NCBI GenBank assembly: GCA_010909165.1
Contig: MU008198.1
Location: 340,216 to 404,215, forward strand
Source of the DNA: Anthoceros angustus
Taxonomy: Eukaryota > Plantae > Anthocerotophyta
Direction of reading: 5' to 3'
DNA length: 64,000 nt
Part shown: one piece after another, positions 1-11,860 of the stretch
Layout: the number at the start of each line of letters is the position of its first letter
Numbering within the stretch: the first letter of the stretch is position 1
Program-made: the position numbers and the translations under genes
The notes under the pieces: model-generated
Databases searched by the model: none
The model's input: the letters and a program-made list of their open reading frames with translations, nothing else
What the model was told of the DNA's origin: nothing

Positions 1-271
1 GAGCACGGTCCGTCCCTAAGCCTGGACCATCTCAGACCACCATCGCTAGGCCCTCATCTCACCCACCCACCCTTGTCTTGGGTCGGGTTGATTTTCCTTC
101 CGCCCTTTCAGTGGCCCCCATCTCTATCCTCCCGACAGTTATGGACTTACCCCGAGGTCTCATAGGCTGGCTGCCCGCCTCGAGGCTCTTCTCCGCCGCT
201 GCCGCTTCCAAACAGGCCACTAGGGTCCCTGCTGTCCCCATGTCCTTCTGCTTGTCAACCCAAGAGGGGTG

Positions 272-842
272 TGTTGACTAGCTAGATAGGAATGTTGACA
301 GGAGCCATTAAGGCTCACGTAGGTGAGGTTGCTAGAATAGAATTTTACCAAAAATGCTTCAATGTCAGAACTTAAAGTCTGACAGTAGGATACACTAAAA
401 TAAGGAGTGAGGCAGCGTCAGGATGGCGCGCCAGGGGGAGGTTGTATGTGAGGTCCTCCCTATAAAAGGAGGGAGCTTGTGAAGTAAAATTATCGTGTCT
501 TGCACTCCCCACCTCGCGAGTCCTTTGCTCCTTGTGAAGGAATTTCGTGCCGGCTGCAAGCCAACGCAGCGTCTGGTAGAGAGAGAGTTTGCGACGGTCG
601 GAGTGCTTGGCGGAGGGCTTGCTCCCTGCGAGTGTCTCTGCGAGTTGCTCCCCTTGTGAATGGTTGCTGTGTGAATTGCTTTGCTTTGAGTGTGTGGCGA
701 TGCTCAAGGAACTCTCGGCTTGAGGGTAGACTGCAGGGAAAGACTCGAGGTTCTCATTATCGTGTAAACTACACAACCGCCCAAGGAAAACTTGTTGATT
801 CGTAGAGCGGACCCAGGCGGTTATGGAGAGTTGGAATCAATA
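272..842 (+). mobile_element. LTR-like segment (solo or 3' LTR) of an LTR retrotransposon
   Basis: Purine tract AAGAGGGG just before TGTTGAC at 272; TATAAAA at ~462; ends ...TCAATA (degenerate TCAACA). No clean TSD found. Confidence 0.4.
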
Positions 843-1469
843 AGCTAGAGGGTGGTGTTAGAGTAGGAGATCATGGAAGGAGAGTAAGTAGGTGTGTAGG
901 ATGAAGAAAAGTGTTGATGATGGTAGAGGAACGGAATATTGAGGAGGGAATTAGTGTGTAGATCATAGCCCATGGCCCAAGGCAGAGCCTAAGGGAGGGG
1001 TCCCAAATCTGCAGCGAGAACGTGCTCCAGGTGGTGGGGAGCTAGCCCCCGGGAGGATAACATACGATACGAATCGGGGTCCCTGGATGCCCACGGTGAT
1101 TCCACGCTTGTTGAGGCATGGCCTATGATAGTGTCGTGTCGTTGTAGGCCGTGAATTGGTGAATTTTCAGCAAGTGGTGTAGCCGCTGTTGAGGGAAGTA
1201 GGATGATGCCTTGTTGAGGCTGGGTAGTTGTAAATAAAGGTGTGCATGGTTGAACCTTGATGCCATCAACCAAGATCCCATGGGACGAAACCCAACGTGC
1301 TAAGCAACAGTGGGATAAGTGTGGCCGCTACAGGGTGAATCTCGGAAGCCCCGGGATCTGCCCACCACAACTCCGGACTTATTTCTTCCTTTCCGCCTTA
1401 TTTTCTACTCCGCACCTACGAAAAAAAACAAAACCTCACTCATTTCCTACCCCCGGGGAGAGTGCGTGG

Positions 1470-2950
1470 TCCACAGGGAGATCCTCTCACACTTCATGAA
1501 GCATATGCTAGACCTGAGGCTAACAAGTGGAAAATGGCTGTTGACGATGAGTATAACTCTTTAGTCAAGAATAACTTGGGCATTAGTTGATCTACCCCCA
1601 GGAAGGACTACTGTCAAGTGCAAGTGGGTACTCAAAACAAAGTTTCAAGAAGTTGAGCCCCGCATACGTTATAAAGCGAGGCTAGTGGCCAAGGGCTATA
1701 GTCAGAAAGAGGGAGTCGACTATCAAGGCGATCAAGTCTACTCACATCGTCAAAGCGACTTGATAAGGATGCTCCTTGCTTTATGTACTGAACTTAACTT
1801 GGACATCTATCAGCTGGACGTTTGTACAGCTTTCCTCTATGGTCACTTGGAAGAAGAGATCTACATGGATCAACCTGAGGATTATGAGGATAAGAGATTC
1901 CCGCACAAGGTGTGTAAACTCCTTCGTTCTATTTATGGGCTCAAACAAAGTCCTCGACTGTGGTACAAGAGAATTGACTCTTATCTTAAGAAGATTGGCT
2001 TCGTGCAAAGCGAAGCAGATACTAACCTGTATGTGCTACAAAAGGACAGCTTACTTGTTTTGATAGCGTTATACGTAGATGACTTAGTTATCCCCGGTAA
2101 CAATTTGAAGTTGGTTAACCAGATCAAGGCTGATCTCAGCAAGGAGTTTGAAATGAAAGATCTGGGTCTGGTTAAATACATTCTTGGAATGCACGTACAC
2201 AAAGCTAGATCCACTCGAGCTATCTACCTTCATCAAGGTAGATATGTAGCCGGGATGCTCAAGAGGTTCAACTTGGAGAATGCACGCTACCACTCCAGTC
2301 TTTGTTGGTGTTAAGCTCTCCTCATCTTCTTGTCCCCCCCGAAGAGAAAAGGAAATGGAGAGTGTACCTTATCGTATGGCGGTTGGCACTCTCATGTTTC
2401 TAAGCAACGGACAAGACCGTATATATCTAATCAAGTAATGCAGCCAATTCTCGAGAACCCGTGAAGGGATCACCGGGTAGCACTTAAAAGAATTATGCAC
2501 CTCAAGGGTACTTCTAACTATGGTCTCGCAAGCCTAGTGGCAAAAGGAGTCTACAATTGACTTGCTATGTCGATGCATTGGCTTCATGCATACCCGAAAG
2601 AGTCTATCGGCTTATTGCTTCCTCGCCGGGCTCCATCTGTAAATTGGTCTTGTAGGAAACAAGCCTCAATATCTTTATCTTCCACGAGTCGGAGTACAAA
2701 GCTCTAAGCCACTAAGGAGGCAGTGGGAAAGGAAGTTATGCGAAGACTTGGGTATGCAACAAGGTGACCTACGCTTATTAATCGTGATAATATGTCAGCC
2801 ATCGCCCTGGTTTCTAACCCTGTTTCACGCCCGCACTAAGCACATTGAGATTCAACATCATTATGTTAGAGATGCTCCTGAGAGGGGCTTAGTGAAGATA
2901 CATGTGTCAACAGATGATAATACCGATGTTCGACGTCTCTCACAAGTTTA
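1470..2950 (+). mobile_element. Ty1/copia pol remnant (RT + RNase H), frameshifted
   Basis: Translates to DPLTLHEAY..KWKMAVDDEYNSL..KCKWVLKTK..YKARLVAKGYSQKEGVDY, QLDVCTAFLYGHLEEEIYMDQP, YGLKQSPRLWY, LYVDDL, and RNase H HARTKHIEIQHHYVRD. Confidence 0.95.
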
Positions 2951-3240
2951 AACACTTGTTTCCACAGAGAAGGGCTTGGACTTGTAGATTGTAGTAGCTA
3001 TATGACGCTAGACAAATCACTCATTTGGTGAGGCTTTCCATGTTTGTTCCATCATCTACGAAGATAACTTAAGTTGAAGACTTGCTTCCGCCTCGGTCAT
3101 GATCGGTGCTCTCTGCGTGAGTTGTCACGACGAGACTCACAGGCGACTAGAAGATGTGAAAGCCGTCAAGATGGTAGCCTTCGCTGGCGCTTTTAGTAGT
3201 GATCTCCTTTTCTTAGTTCGGAGCCTTTAACGCAACGTGT

Positions 3241-3446
3241 CCGAGAGGAGAGTTAGAAATAATAGCACCACGCTGGTTGCATCAATATGGTTAGTCACTA
3301 GACCTAGTAGTTAGTATAGGTAGTTAGCTAGGCTAGCGAAAGGACACACCCCTTACAAGACCACCTATAAAAGCCCACCTATGAACACACTTGATTCATT
3401 GTTAATATAGCATCTTTGCTTAAGACGCCCGCATGCAATTTAACTA
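3241..3446 (+). mobile_element. Polypurine tract and 3' LTR (~195 bp) of the copia element above
   Basis: GAGAGGAG followed by (A/T)GTTAG at 3251; TATAAAA inside; ends TTAAC(T)A; lies downstream of RNase H. Confidence 0.6.
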
Positions 3447-4567
3447 TCCAAATAAGGGGCTACAGGATTTGCTGCATGTGAGGCGATGACCAAAACAGCC
3501 TTTTGGGTTGCGTAGGTGGAGAACCTAGATTTACCGTGACGAACCGCACTGGTCGCAATGGTGGGTAACGGAGAATGAGTGCATTTGAAGGTCATATACC
3601 AAGAGATTTTGCCACCCAACCATGCGGACAAGAATGCTCGTCAAAGGCGGAAGCCCACATCTCGATCGCCTTGCGGCGGAGACCTTTATTCTTTCATATG
3701 GATTTGGCCTGACGCGAGAGAGCACGCTTTATGTGAGAACCCAAGAGCTCATAAAGACCAAGCTATTTGAACTCCACCATATGCAAAGTGCGAAAGCTGG
3801 GAATAACGACAAGGGCTCAGCCCACCACCTTGAGGCACGAGGAGAAACGCTGTACGTCATGGTCAATGATATTAAAACCCAAGACCATGTTCGAGTTGAG
3901 GATGATCCGCGAGTCCATGCCGCCAAAGCATTAGTTCTCGACCAATTAAGTAGACGGACATGGACGAGGTATTGGAGATCCTAACCCCACGGGTTTTCGA
4001 AGGCATGTTTGAAGAGAGCTCCCAACCAGGCGTCCGACGGACTAGAAGGAAAAAACGGGCAGCATAACGATCATGTTTGTCCTCTATAATTGCGATCCCT
4101 AATGGTAGATGGAAGAGATGATCTTGCTGTACACCAGCCAGTGAGTAGCACCTTTATTGGAAAAATAGCGATTTTGCATTGCAGTTGATTTGCAAACTTC
4201 ATCTGTCCAATAATTTCATATGTTAATCATTCTCTGGACAACAGACCCAATATATAATTCTCCGCATGAGGAACGTGAGTGCGCGCACTCATATATGGAG
4301 GCAAGCCGGCCGAGCAAACCCCACGTTTTGGATCACATGAAGACATGCTGAAAAACCTATCAAAACACATATTTCATTTCATTTACACCTTGAGATACGG
4401 TAGCGGCCAAAACATGCAGAACCGGGCACCCTGGAATTGATCACTCTATTCCAAGTCGAGTGCACATGCTGAAAACCAGGAAAACATCCTCATGGTTTTT
4501 TGCCTAAGAAAAGACGGACTTTTGCCTAAACCCTTATTACCGAGAAACCCTTTCTACCCGATAACAA

Positions 4568-5465
4568 GTGTTACTTTCTAGATTTGAAATGAGTGATTTA
4601 GGGCAACTCACTTTCTCTTTAGGAGTTCAGTTCCATTTCAATGGCAGAGATAGCACTGTCGATATACACCAAGAACACTTTGTGCACCAGCTCCTACAAA
4701 GGTTCAATATGGCAAATTCCCGTCCGGTCTCTATCCCCATGAGTGTAGGAGAGAAACTATTCCATCAGCAGTGTCCTAGTTTAGAAGCAGAAAAGCTTGA
4801 AATGGCTACTAAGCCATATAGGCAGGCTGTGGGGTCACTCATTTACTTGTCAAATTGGACCAGACCTGATATTACAAGAGTTGTAGGCACGGCTACCGCT
4901 TAGAAAACCCATTTTGCTCACCGGATGCTCAAGAGGATTTTTCGGTACTTGAAAGGCACTCCAAGGAAGGGACTGCGCTTTGGCAAGCATAAGGATGGTC
5001 TTCAACTCACAGCCTACTGCGATGCAGACTGGGCTGGTGACCCAGACACCAGGAAAAGTGTGGCAGCTTACTGTATGTTTCTTGGAGTATCTCTGATATC
5101 TTGGTCCTCTAAGAAGTTGAACACCATCTGTTTATCCTTGACGGAGGCTGAATATGGGGCCATGACTCAGGCTACCAAAGAGATCTTATGGGTTCGAAGT
5201 TTCTTGACAGGCTTGCAGCAACTTCAACCAGGCCCAACTCAACTATGGTGTGACAATCAATCTGCCATTGCCTTGTCGAAAAATCCAGTATTTCATTCGA
5301 GATCTAAGCACATAAAATTTCTCATCATTTCATAAGGCAGGTAGTGGACAGCAAGGAGGTAAGTGTGTCTTATGTTTCAACTAGTGAGAACACTGCAGAT
5401 TTACTTACAAACAGTCCATGAGACAGTACAGAACAGTCCATGAGAAACATACTGTTGCCATGGGT
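4568..5465 (+). mobile_element. Second Ty1/copia RT C-terminus + RNase H remnant
   Basis: FEMSDLG, PYRQAVGSLIYL..TRPDI, AYCDADWAGDPDTRKS, SWSSKK..LSLTEAEY, CDNQSAIAL..NPVFHSRSKHI; purine tract AGTGGGAG at ~5533. Confidence 0.93.
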
Positions 5466-6550
5466 GTCTGTGACATTCCCACAGTGGAAAAGAAAGGCAG
5501 AGCTCACTAGATTTTCTCTACTCTAATCACTCAGTGGGAGCTATATTGTGGTACTGGTCATGTGCTCCTCACTGTTCTTCTCTTCAGTGTCTTTCCCTTG
5601 CACCAAGTCCTTTGTCTTCTCACAGGTTTTGTTGGGTCCCTTTGTACCTTGCTTCACCTTAGCCTTTGGACTTCCTCAGTTTCCTTGCTGTAGATCTCTC
5701 TACAAATTCTTCGTCGTCTGAATCTGGGGGGAGTTGAGTTCTATAAATCTGGTCAAATCAGCAGTAGTTGGCAAGAAGCCCAAACCTTCTATTTCTCCAG
5801 GATGGACTTTATCGAAGTCCTCCCTCTTGGCAACATAGAGTTTTCTAGGATTTCCCCCTGCATCCAAGTTCTGTTTCATCCTCGCAGCCCTTGCTCGAGG
5901 AGTTTCTGTCAAGCCTTCGGATCCTGCAGCTGCTTCAAATGCAACTATGTTGGGAGCCTCAGAATGCATGGCGTGGAGATGGGAGGAGCGTTCGGAGAAT
6001 TTCCTCATAGGAACCCACATTCTGGTACACCCAAGGCAACGAAGGCCACTCTGGAGTTTGGAGTCCATCACGAAGAAGAGGATAGGAGCAATGGCGAACA
6101 CACTGTCGACTGCATCCAGACTTGTTACTGTTTATAGGACTTGGAGGAACGCAAAGGCAAGATCATGAAGATGCTTTCACGTTTTCCTCAACATGTGCGG
6201 TACAACGACTCATGTCCTGGTGCACATGTGGTTTTAAATTCAAGCATAAGGAATCATTCCTCTTTTGCTCTAGGGCTATGAATGCCAACAACTACTAGTT
6301 CATAGTACATGTACCAAATGCTCACTAAGTGGGAGTATTGGGATTTACACATGTAGTAATTATGCTTTACTGCATGTTACGATCACAGTTATGGCAGTTC
6401 GCATTTACGGTTAGAGCGGTTACCATTTCTAGGCTATTTAAGAACCTTTTGTTACCTTACTTGACAATCAATGACAAATCTCTTCTCTGGATTCCTTGCT
6501 CTCGTGCACGCTGTAATACTATTCACATAGCATAATGCATTTATTGATTG

Positions 6551-6652
6551 TATTAGAGACCACACGTACACACATGAATCAGGGGTAATCTTGCGTAGAG
6601 ACCACACACAGATACATACAGTAGGGGTAATTTGGTGCAGAGACCACACACG
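6551..6652. repeat. Short degenerate tandem repeat (~43 bp, 2.3 copies)
   Basis: AGAGACCACAC...AGGGGTAAT..G unit repeated at ~6552, 6596 and 6639. Confidence 0.7.
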
Positions 6653-6682
6653 AGGGAGGCCAGAGCGCCTAGGTCAACTGGG

Positions 6683-8305
6683 GCGATTTTGACTCTAATC
6701 TAAGACATCAAATAGTTACCAACCGGGCTGTAAATGAATGAAAGATTGTGGAAGAATGGTTCCCCATCCAAGCATTGATCCGTCGAGCGGGACGTTTAAC
6801 TGTGGAGTTCTGATCTCATCTGCTGGCATGTAGATGTCCCACGCAGATGATAATGTGGCTGATGCTCAGGCTTACTGAAACTGTCACTTTGAATAGGTTA
6901 GGTCGTGAATCAGTTACATGCCATGTCATTGTGTGGGCCAAGCTTAAGTGACACTATTGAGCTCATTGAACCAGCTCGGCTTGCTTCCAGTCGATGGCAA
7001 TCTCTCCTTCCCAGGAAAAACCAATTCAGCTGCAACGTTAATGGGCAAGTCTCCAGGCGGTCTTAAAGTAATTATTGGCTTTTGCAAGCCAATTACTTAA
7101 CTTTAAATTCTAAAACAACATGGGTCTCTTTCAGTGTTGTATATGATATCAATTACAATAATTATATATATCCATATAATCTTTATATACATATATATAC
7201 AAGGATATTGTTCACGTGTATATTTCCATGATTAGGATGTCAACATTGTATAAAAGATTTATGGAAGCGCCAAGGGCTTGCCGCATGGTTCGTTACAAAT
7301 ACAACTTTGTGTCATTTTTTATTTTGTAAAGCTATTTTTGACAAACTTCTTTGTGATGTTTTAAACTTCTTCTTGCGGCCCAGGCACACTAGATGGTTTT
7401 CTTTGTCATCCCTGAGATAAGCCAAGCAACACTCCCTTGACCGATTATTTTACATGAGACCACCAAAGTCAATCTGAATCTTAAACCTGAAGTAGAACAA
7501 TTTCAAGTCAATAGTGCTCCTATCTTGTGTCTTGAAAATGGGTTAGGATAACTTTAAGTTAATATGTGAGCTCCAAAATTTTGCATGCTTCATTGGATAG
7601 CTACAGATTGAGAATTGCACCATATTTTTTACCACCTTCCATTCCAACCGAAATTTAAAAATGGACAAAATATGGTGAAAGGATATTCGAACTTGTTCAT
7701 ACTTGACTGAAAACTTGTTTCCGTTCAGTCCAATAGGATTTACTAAATTAATGTGATCGAGGTTAATATTTTTTTCCTATTGAAAGCGAGATAGCTATTG
7801 GAGTATGTTGTTACTGAGAGATTAATTTCAAAACCTTTTGTTGGTCGAAATGTGATGTTAAAATCTTATTCATTCGTGGACATAAGGGAAAGCACGTTCA
7901 AAGTTAATAAAGGTTGCCAAATGTTTGAAATCTGATTCAAATCTTAGTCTATTGTGTTCCATTATGTATTTGCCATAGACATTTTGTATTACTCCAGGTG
8001 ACTTTACTTTAGGTCCTCAAACCATGGAGCCTAGCTTCGGCTTCCTTTCTCAGTCACCGGTGTACTTTCACCTAGGCATTCGATAGATACAAATTCAATA
8101 TTTTTCTTATTAGTTCTGACTTAATGTGTTATATATTGGCAACTAATTAATAATTAGGTTCTCCTTTGAAGAGTGACATGGTAGTCAGCCAGGAGTTCAT
8201 CAGGAATGTGGCTAAGCAACCCTCCGGTCATATTGCTACTACGATGGGATACCACCCATCCCAACTCCTTGGTGACCTGCTTGTTTTGAAGTCCTTCGAA
8301 GTTGC
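6683..8305 (+). repeat. 1.6 kb dispersed direct repeat, copy 1 (copy 2 at 31819-33357)
   Basis: Near-identical sequence starting GGCGATTTTGACTCTAATCTAAGACATC in both places and ending ..TTTTGAAGTCCTTCGAAGT; the copies differ by an internal inversion and indels. Confidence 0.95.
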
Positions 8306-8625
8306 CTAACATATGATCTTTGTTGTCTCGCCGGTAAAAAGGGTCGTTGTTGTTGTAAGGTTCAGCTAGTCATCCCCAAACATCATCTTGTCACATTACC
8401 CACAATTATTGGTGGAAAACACTAGCTGATGATATTTTAATAAAAGAATACATTGAAATAACAAGAAGATAGGAAACAAGGCATCTGAAAACCTACTTTG
8501 ACGGGCGTGTTTGGAAAGGATTAAAAAATATAAGCCAAAAATTATAGGGACGTCAATTTGGTGAGATAGTGTTGGGAATAGTTAGAGATTCTAACCTCCA
8601 TATAATACGAAGTATGTAAAATTGC

Positions 8626-8632
8626 TATTATT

Positions 8633-8675
<43 letters not shown>

Positions 8676-8682
8676 TTATTAT
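8626..8682. repeat. (TTA)n microsatellite
   Basis: About 19 TAT/TTA units with one interruption. Confidence 0.98.
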
Positions 8683-8849
8683 CATCCTCGAAGTATACCA
8701 AGACTAAGGGGTATATATGTAGTGTTCCTATATACCATTATATTAAGATATTATACTATGCGTGTCTTCCATAACTCCAGCAGCCTTGGGGGGGTTCTTT
8801 GTGATGCTGAGTTGTTGTTTCTTGAGTTGAGTAGATATTACAGATACGG

Positions 8850-9060
8850 TAGGTGTTCCCCGCTGTTTGCTGCCTGTACCTCTTGGGAAGGAGGAGCAGC
8901 CCTGACCACGTGGTGTCTGCAGAGTTTTGACAGGAATGATGAATCCACATTGCGGAGAATTCGTGTGCTGTGGCTGCGGGATCCCGAGGTCAGGAATGTG
9001 GCGATCATCACAAGCAGGTGTATGTGATTGGTGGCAGTGAAAGTAATGAGAGCCTTTGTA
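8850..9060 (+). pseudogene. Possible kelch-repeat (F-box/kelch) gene fragment
   Basis: Across a frameshift it reads VLTGMMNPHCGEFVC and SCAVAAG...HKQVYVIGG, resembling the kelch motif W..l..M..pR..fa.av...iYViGG. Confidence 0.35.
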
Positions 9061-10257
9061 CAGACGGCACCGAGAGTGAAGGGGACGCCGTTGTTGAGGC
9101 GGAGCGCCACTTCAAACCGCAGGATTTGAGCGAGGGCACCATTTACAATCATATATCTGGAAGCTTCATTTCTCGTTCACCCTTTCCTTTCTTTTCTGTG
9201 GTCATTGTTTACTTTGGTTTGGTCGATGGAGGGGCGCCTGGGGAGGTGTCCGTCTTGCGGCTGACGGTTTTCCTGCGGAAGGAAGGGTTGTCTTTGACTT
9301 GAAACAAGGCGGAGCTTCAACGAGTTTAGAACTCTTTCAGGTTTGACCCGCCAGAATGACAATGACAATGGAGTGTTCAGGCTGATGCTGAGGCTCGTTC
9401 AAATTGTCACTTTGAGCAGGTTGGGTCGTGAATCAGCTACATACCATTCTCATTATGTGGGCTATGCTTGTAATACTTTTGAAAGGCAATCTCTCTGTCC
9501 TGAGAAAAGCTTTCAGCTGCAAGACGCACAGATCTCCAGGTTGCCTCCCATCTGCAAACCAAAGCAAACAATGCATGCAGACGAGCGCAATCAAAGGAAG
9601 GGGAGATTTCGCTCTAAGACTTGCAACACTTCATGAAGGTGGGTGCCAACTGTGTTTCCGCACCAGGTGATTGGTATTTGGTTGGGCTGATGGATGCATG
9701 CCTGCTGCATAATGTTCATTGCAGTATCATCTTGTTCATACTTGAGGCACACGGCTCCTGACAGATGCTCATCATGTCTTGAACCAGAGAGATAGCGGTG
9801 ACCCTGGGGAAAGCGACGACAAGGCTGATGGTGGGTGATCACATACATGTATACAGCTTTCATTCTTGGCAGCAGATAGATAGGTGGGTGGTCCTCAATA
9901 TTACGCTGCTGCTGCAAAGAAATTCGTATTGGACGAGGTACGTTCAAGCTGCTGACCGTATTTTGTGTCAGGATCAGCGTCGCTATAGTTTTGCAGAAGA
10001 AATACAGGAGACATGCCATGTGCATAGATCGTTTTGCCTCAAGAATCCTACAGCAAGAAGAAACTAGTGATGGTTTGGAGGTATGCTTCGCTACGCGTGA
10101 CACTTGTGGCGGTGCCCACCAGAACATAAGGTCCCAGCTAGATAGACGTGGCCCCAACATAATGCATTAGACACCATAGTGTCCTTTTTGTGGACCAGCT
10201 AACCTCCCCAATGTCAATCTTTCCCACAGGTGGTTATCTTAATGCAGAGAGCTCCAA

Positions 10258-10332
10258 GGAAACACATGCTGCAAGAGCTTGGATTTCAGCCGGCCCATCT
10301 CGTTTGCTTCTCCGTGAACCAGAATAATATTA
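10258..10332 (-). pseudogene. Captured CPSF73 fragment ([23 protein letters not shown]), copy A
   Basis: Matches the intact gene at 38638-38711 with two substitutions. Confidence 0.92.
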
Positions 10333-11266
10333 ATGTAGGCATGCCAAAGTAGCTTGATAAGCCTCATCATGGCCTGAAGCTCACAGAAAGAGTGGTTTCC
10401 CTTCCTTGTTTTCACATGATGAATTCGGGTGCCAAGGAAGATATGGAGTGCAATGGACCTCCATCAGACTGAGTGGGTGGTCCACAATGTTACAGTGCTG
10501 CCGCAATTAATTTTGTATTAGACGACAATACGTGCGAGATATGTACATGCCGCCGGTGTGGCTGCAGGAGTACCTGAAAGATTGAAAAGACCATCTTGCT
10601 AGGCTATCACCATGCTGCTCCAACTAATGCCCATCCATGCTGCTAGCCTAAAGTGCTCGGCAGGAAGCGGGAGGCGCAAAAGCACTCTTGTAGAGCCCAC
10701 AAATATTGGAGGGAGGAGGCAAAACATGCATGCATGGACGATTGTCAGGCCTGGAAACAGTACCGAAATTGTCATGGCACCTGGTCAACAATGCAGTCAT
10801 GTCATCTGGTCAGTGTATCTATCTCGTCAACATTGGCTTCTGCCATGAGAATCTGAGCAAAGTCTGTACTACCTGGCCATCACTAGACATCCAAACCCGT
10901 AGAAGGAAAAATATCGATGTACAACATTGTAAGGAAAGTGGCGGCTGAAGCGGGTCGTAACCTCGCACAGACTGGTGTAAGTAAGTATATAATGGGAGGA
11001 CTCGTTTTCCGGGTGAGCCGGACTCCATTGTGCGAGTTCAAAAGTGCGAGATACTAGGGTTTCCGGACATCGGCAAGCCCGTTAATTCAGGGTTCGGCGG
11101 GATTGTGTCCTGCGGCTTCTGTTCTCTGCTGGTGCCACCAGAAAGCAGAAAGCAGGCGGCTGGGGTTGGAAGACCTGACCAAAGTGGGGGATCGATATGG
11201 CGCGACCTGGACAGCAGCAAGCGCAGCAGGAGCGATGGCTGGAGGTGACGGCAACAGGAGGGGCCC

Positions 11267-11860
11267 GTGTTGGATAGGGCCTACTTCTGTAGCATGGGCC
11301 TGAGTGACACAGGCCTTGATCCAAGGAAGTCCCATGCCTGGGACGGAATTGTGACTCGCCAGGACGTGGTGGACGAGTTCGGTTGGACCGGCAAGGGTCT
11401 CGTCAACCTCCGAAAGGCGCGCACAATAGAGCGCCAATTTCTCAGAGACTTAAGGAACAAGGTGTATCCCTATCAAAACGCGAACTGGAGTCAAGCTAGC
11501 GTTGCTTTTGCAATAGGCGCCATCGCCTCCCACAGGCGTCTGCAGGTGGACTGGGCAACCTTCGCCTTCCAGACCCAGTTTATGGGCAGATTGGCGAAGA
11601 GCACAAGAAGAGCCTACGTGCCTGTGAGTATGGCTGATCCCAAGCAAGGATACGGAGAGGTCGCCGGAATGCTCCCGATGTGGCGCGGAAGGTGGAACAT
11701 GAGACCCGACCTCAGGGAATGCCTGTTTGCACGGGCCAGGAGGAAGCGCGCGGATGAGTCCGAGTCCAAATCTCACTCCGAGATGGACGCGGGATTAAGC
11801 AGGCCCAGCGCCTCCGGGGTCTCGTCCAGAACCTCCGTGTCCAGCTGCTTCTCCCGGTGA
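11267..11860 (+). CDS. Orphan hypothetical ORF (~200 aa), probably TE-associated; possibly extends 5' to ATG 11197 across a 1-bp shift and 3' via an intron at 11858-11975
   Basis: 197 aa open frame (…ERQFLRDLRNKVYPYQNANWSQASVAFAIGAIASHRRLQVDWATFAF…) retained in all three units; GTGAGT donor and TGCAG acceptor follow. Confidence 0.45.
   Translation: MLDRAYFCSMGLSDTGLDPRKSHAWDGIVTRQDVVDEFGWTGKGLVNLRKARTIERQFLRDLRNKVYPYQNANWSQASVAFAIGAIASHRRLQVDWATFAFQTQFMGRLAKSTRRAYVPVSMADPKQGYGEVAGMLPMWRGRWNMRPDLRECLFARARRKRADESESKSHSEMDAGLSRPSASGVSSRTSVSSCFSR

Noticed and set aside
3440-3984. ORFs of 63-120 aa, considered as Helitron helicase or MULE relics
   Set aside because: No convincing motif in any frame.
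9591-10160. 189 aa minus-strand ORF as a real gene
   Set aside because: The frame is not preserved in the paralogous modules at 18400-18800 or 36000-36500.
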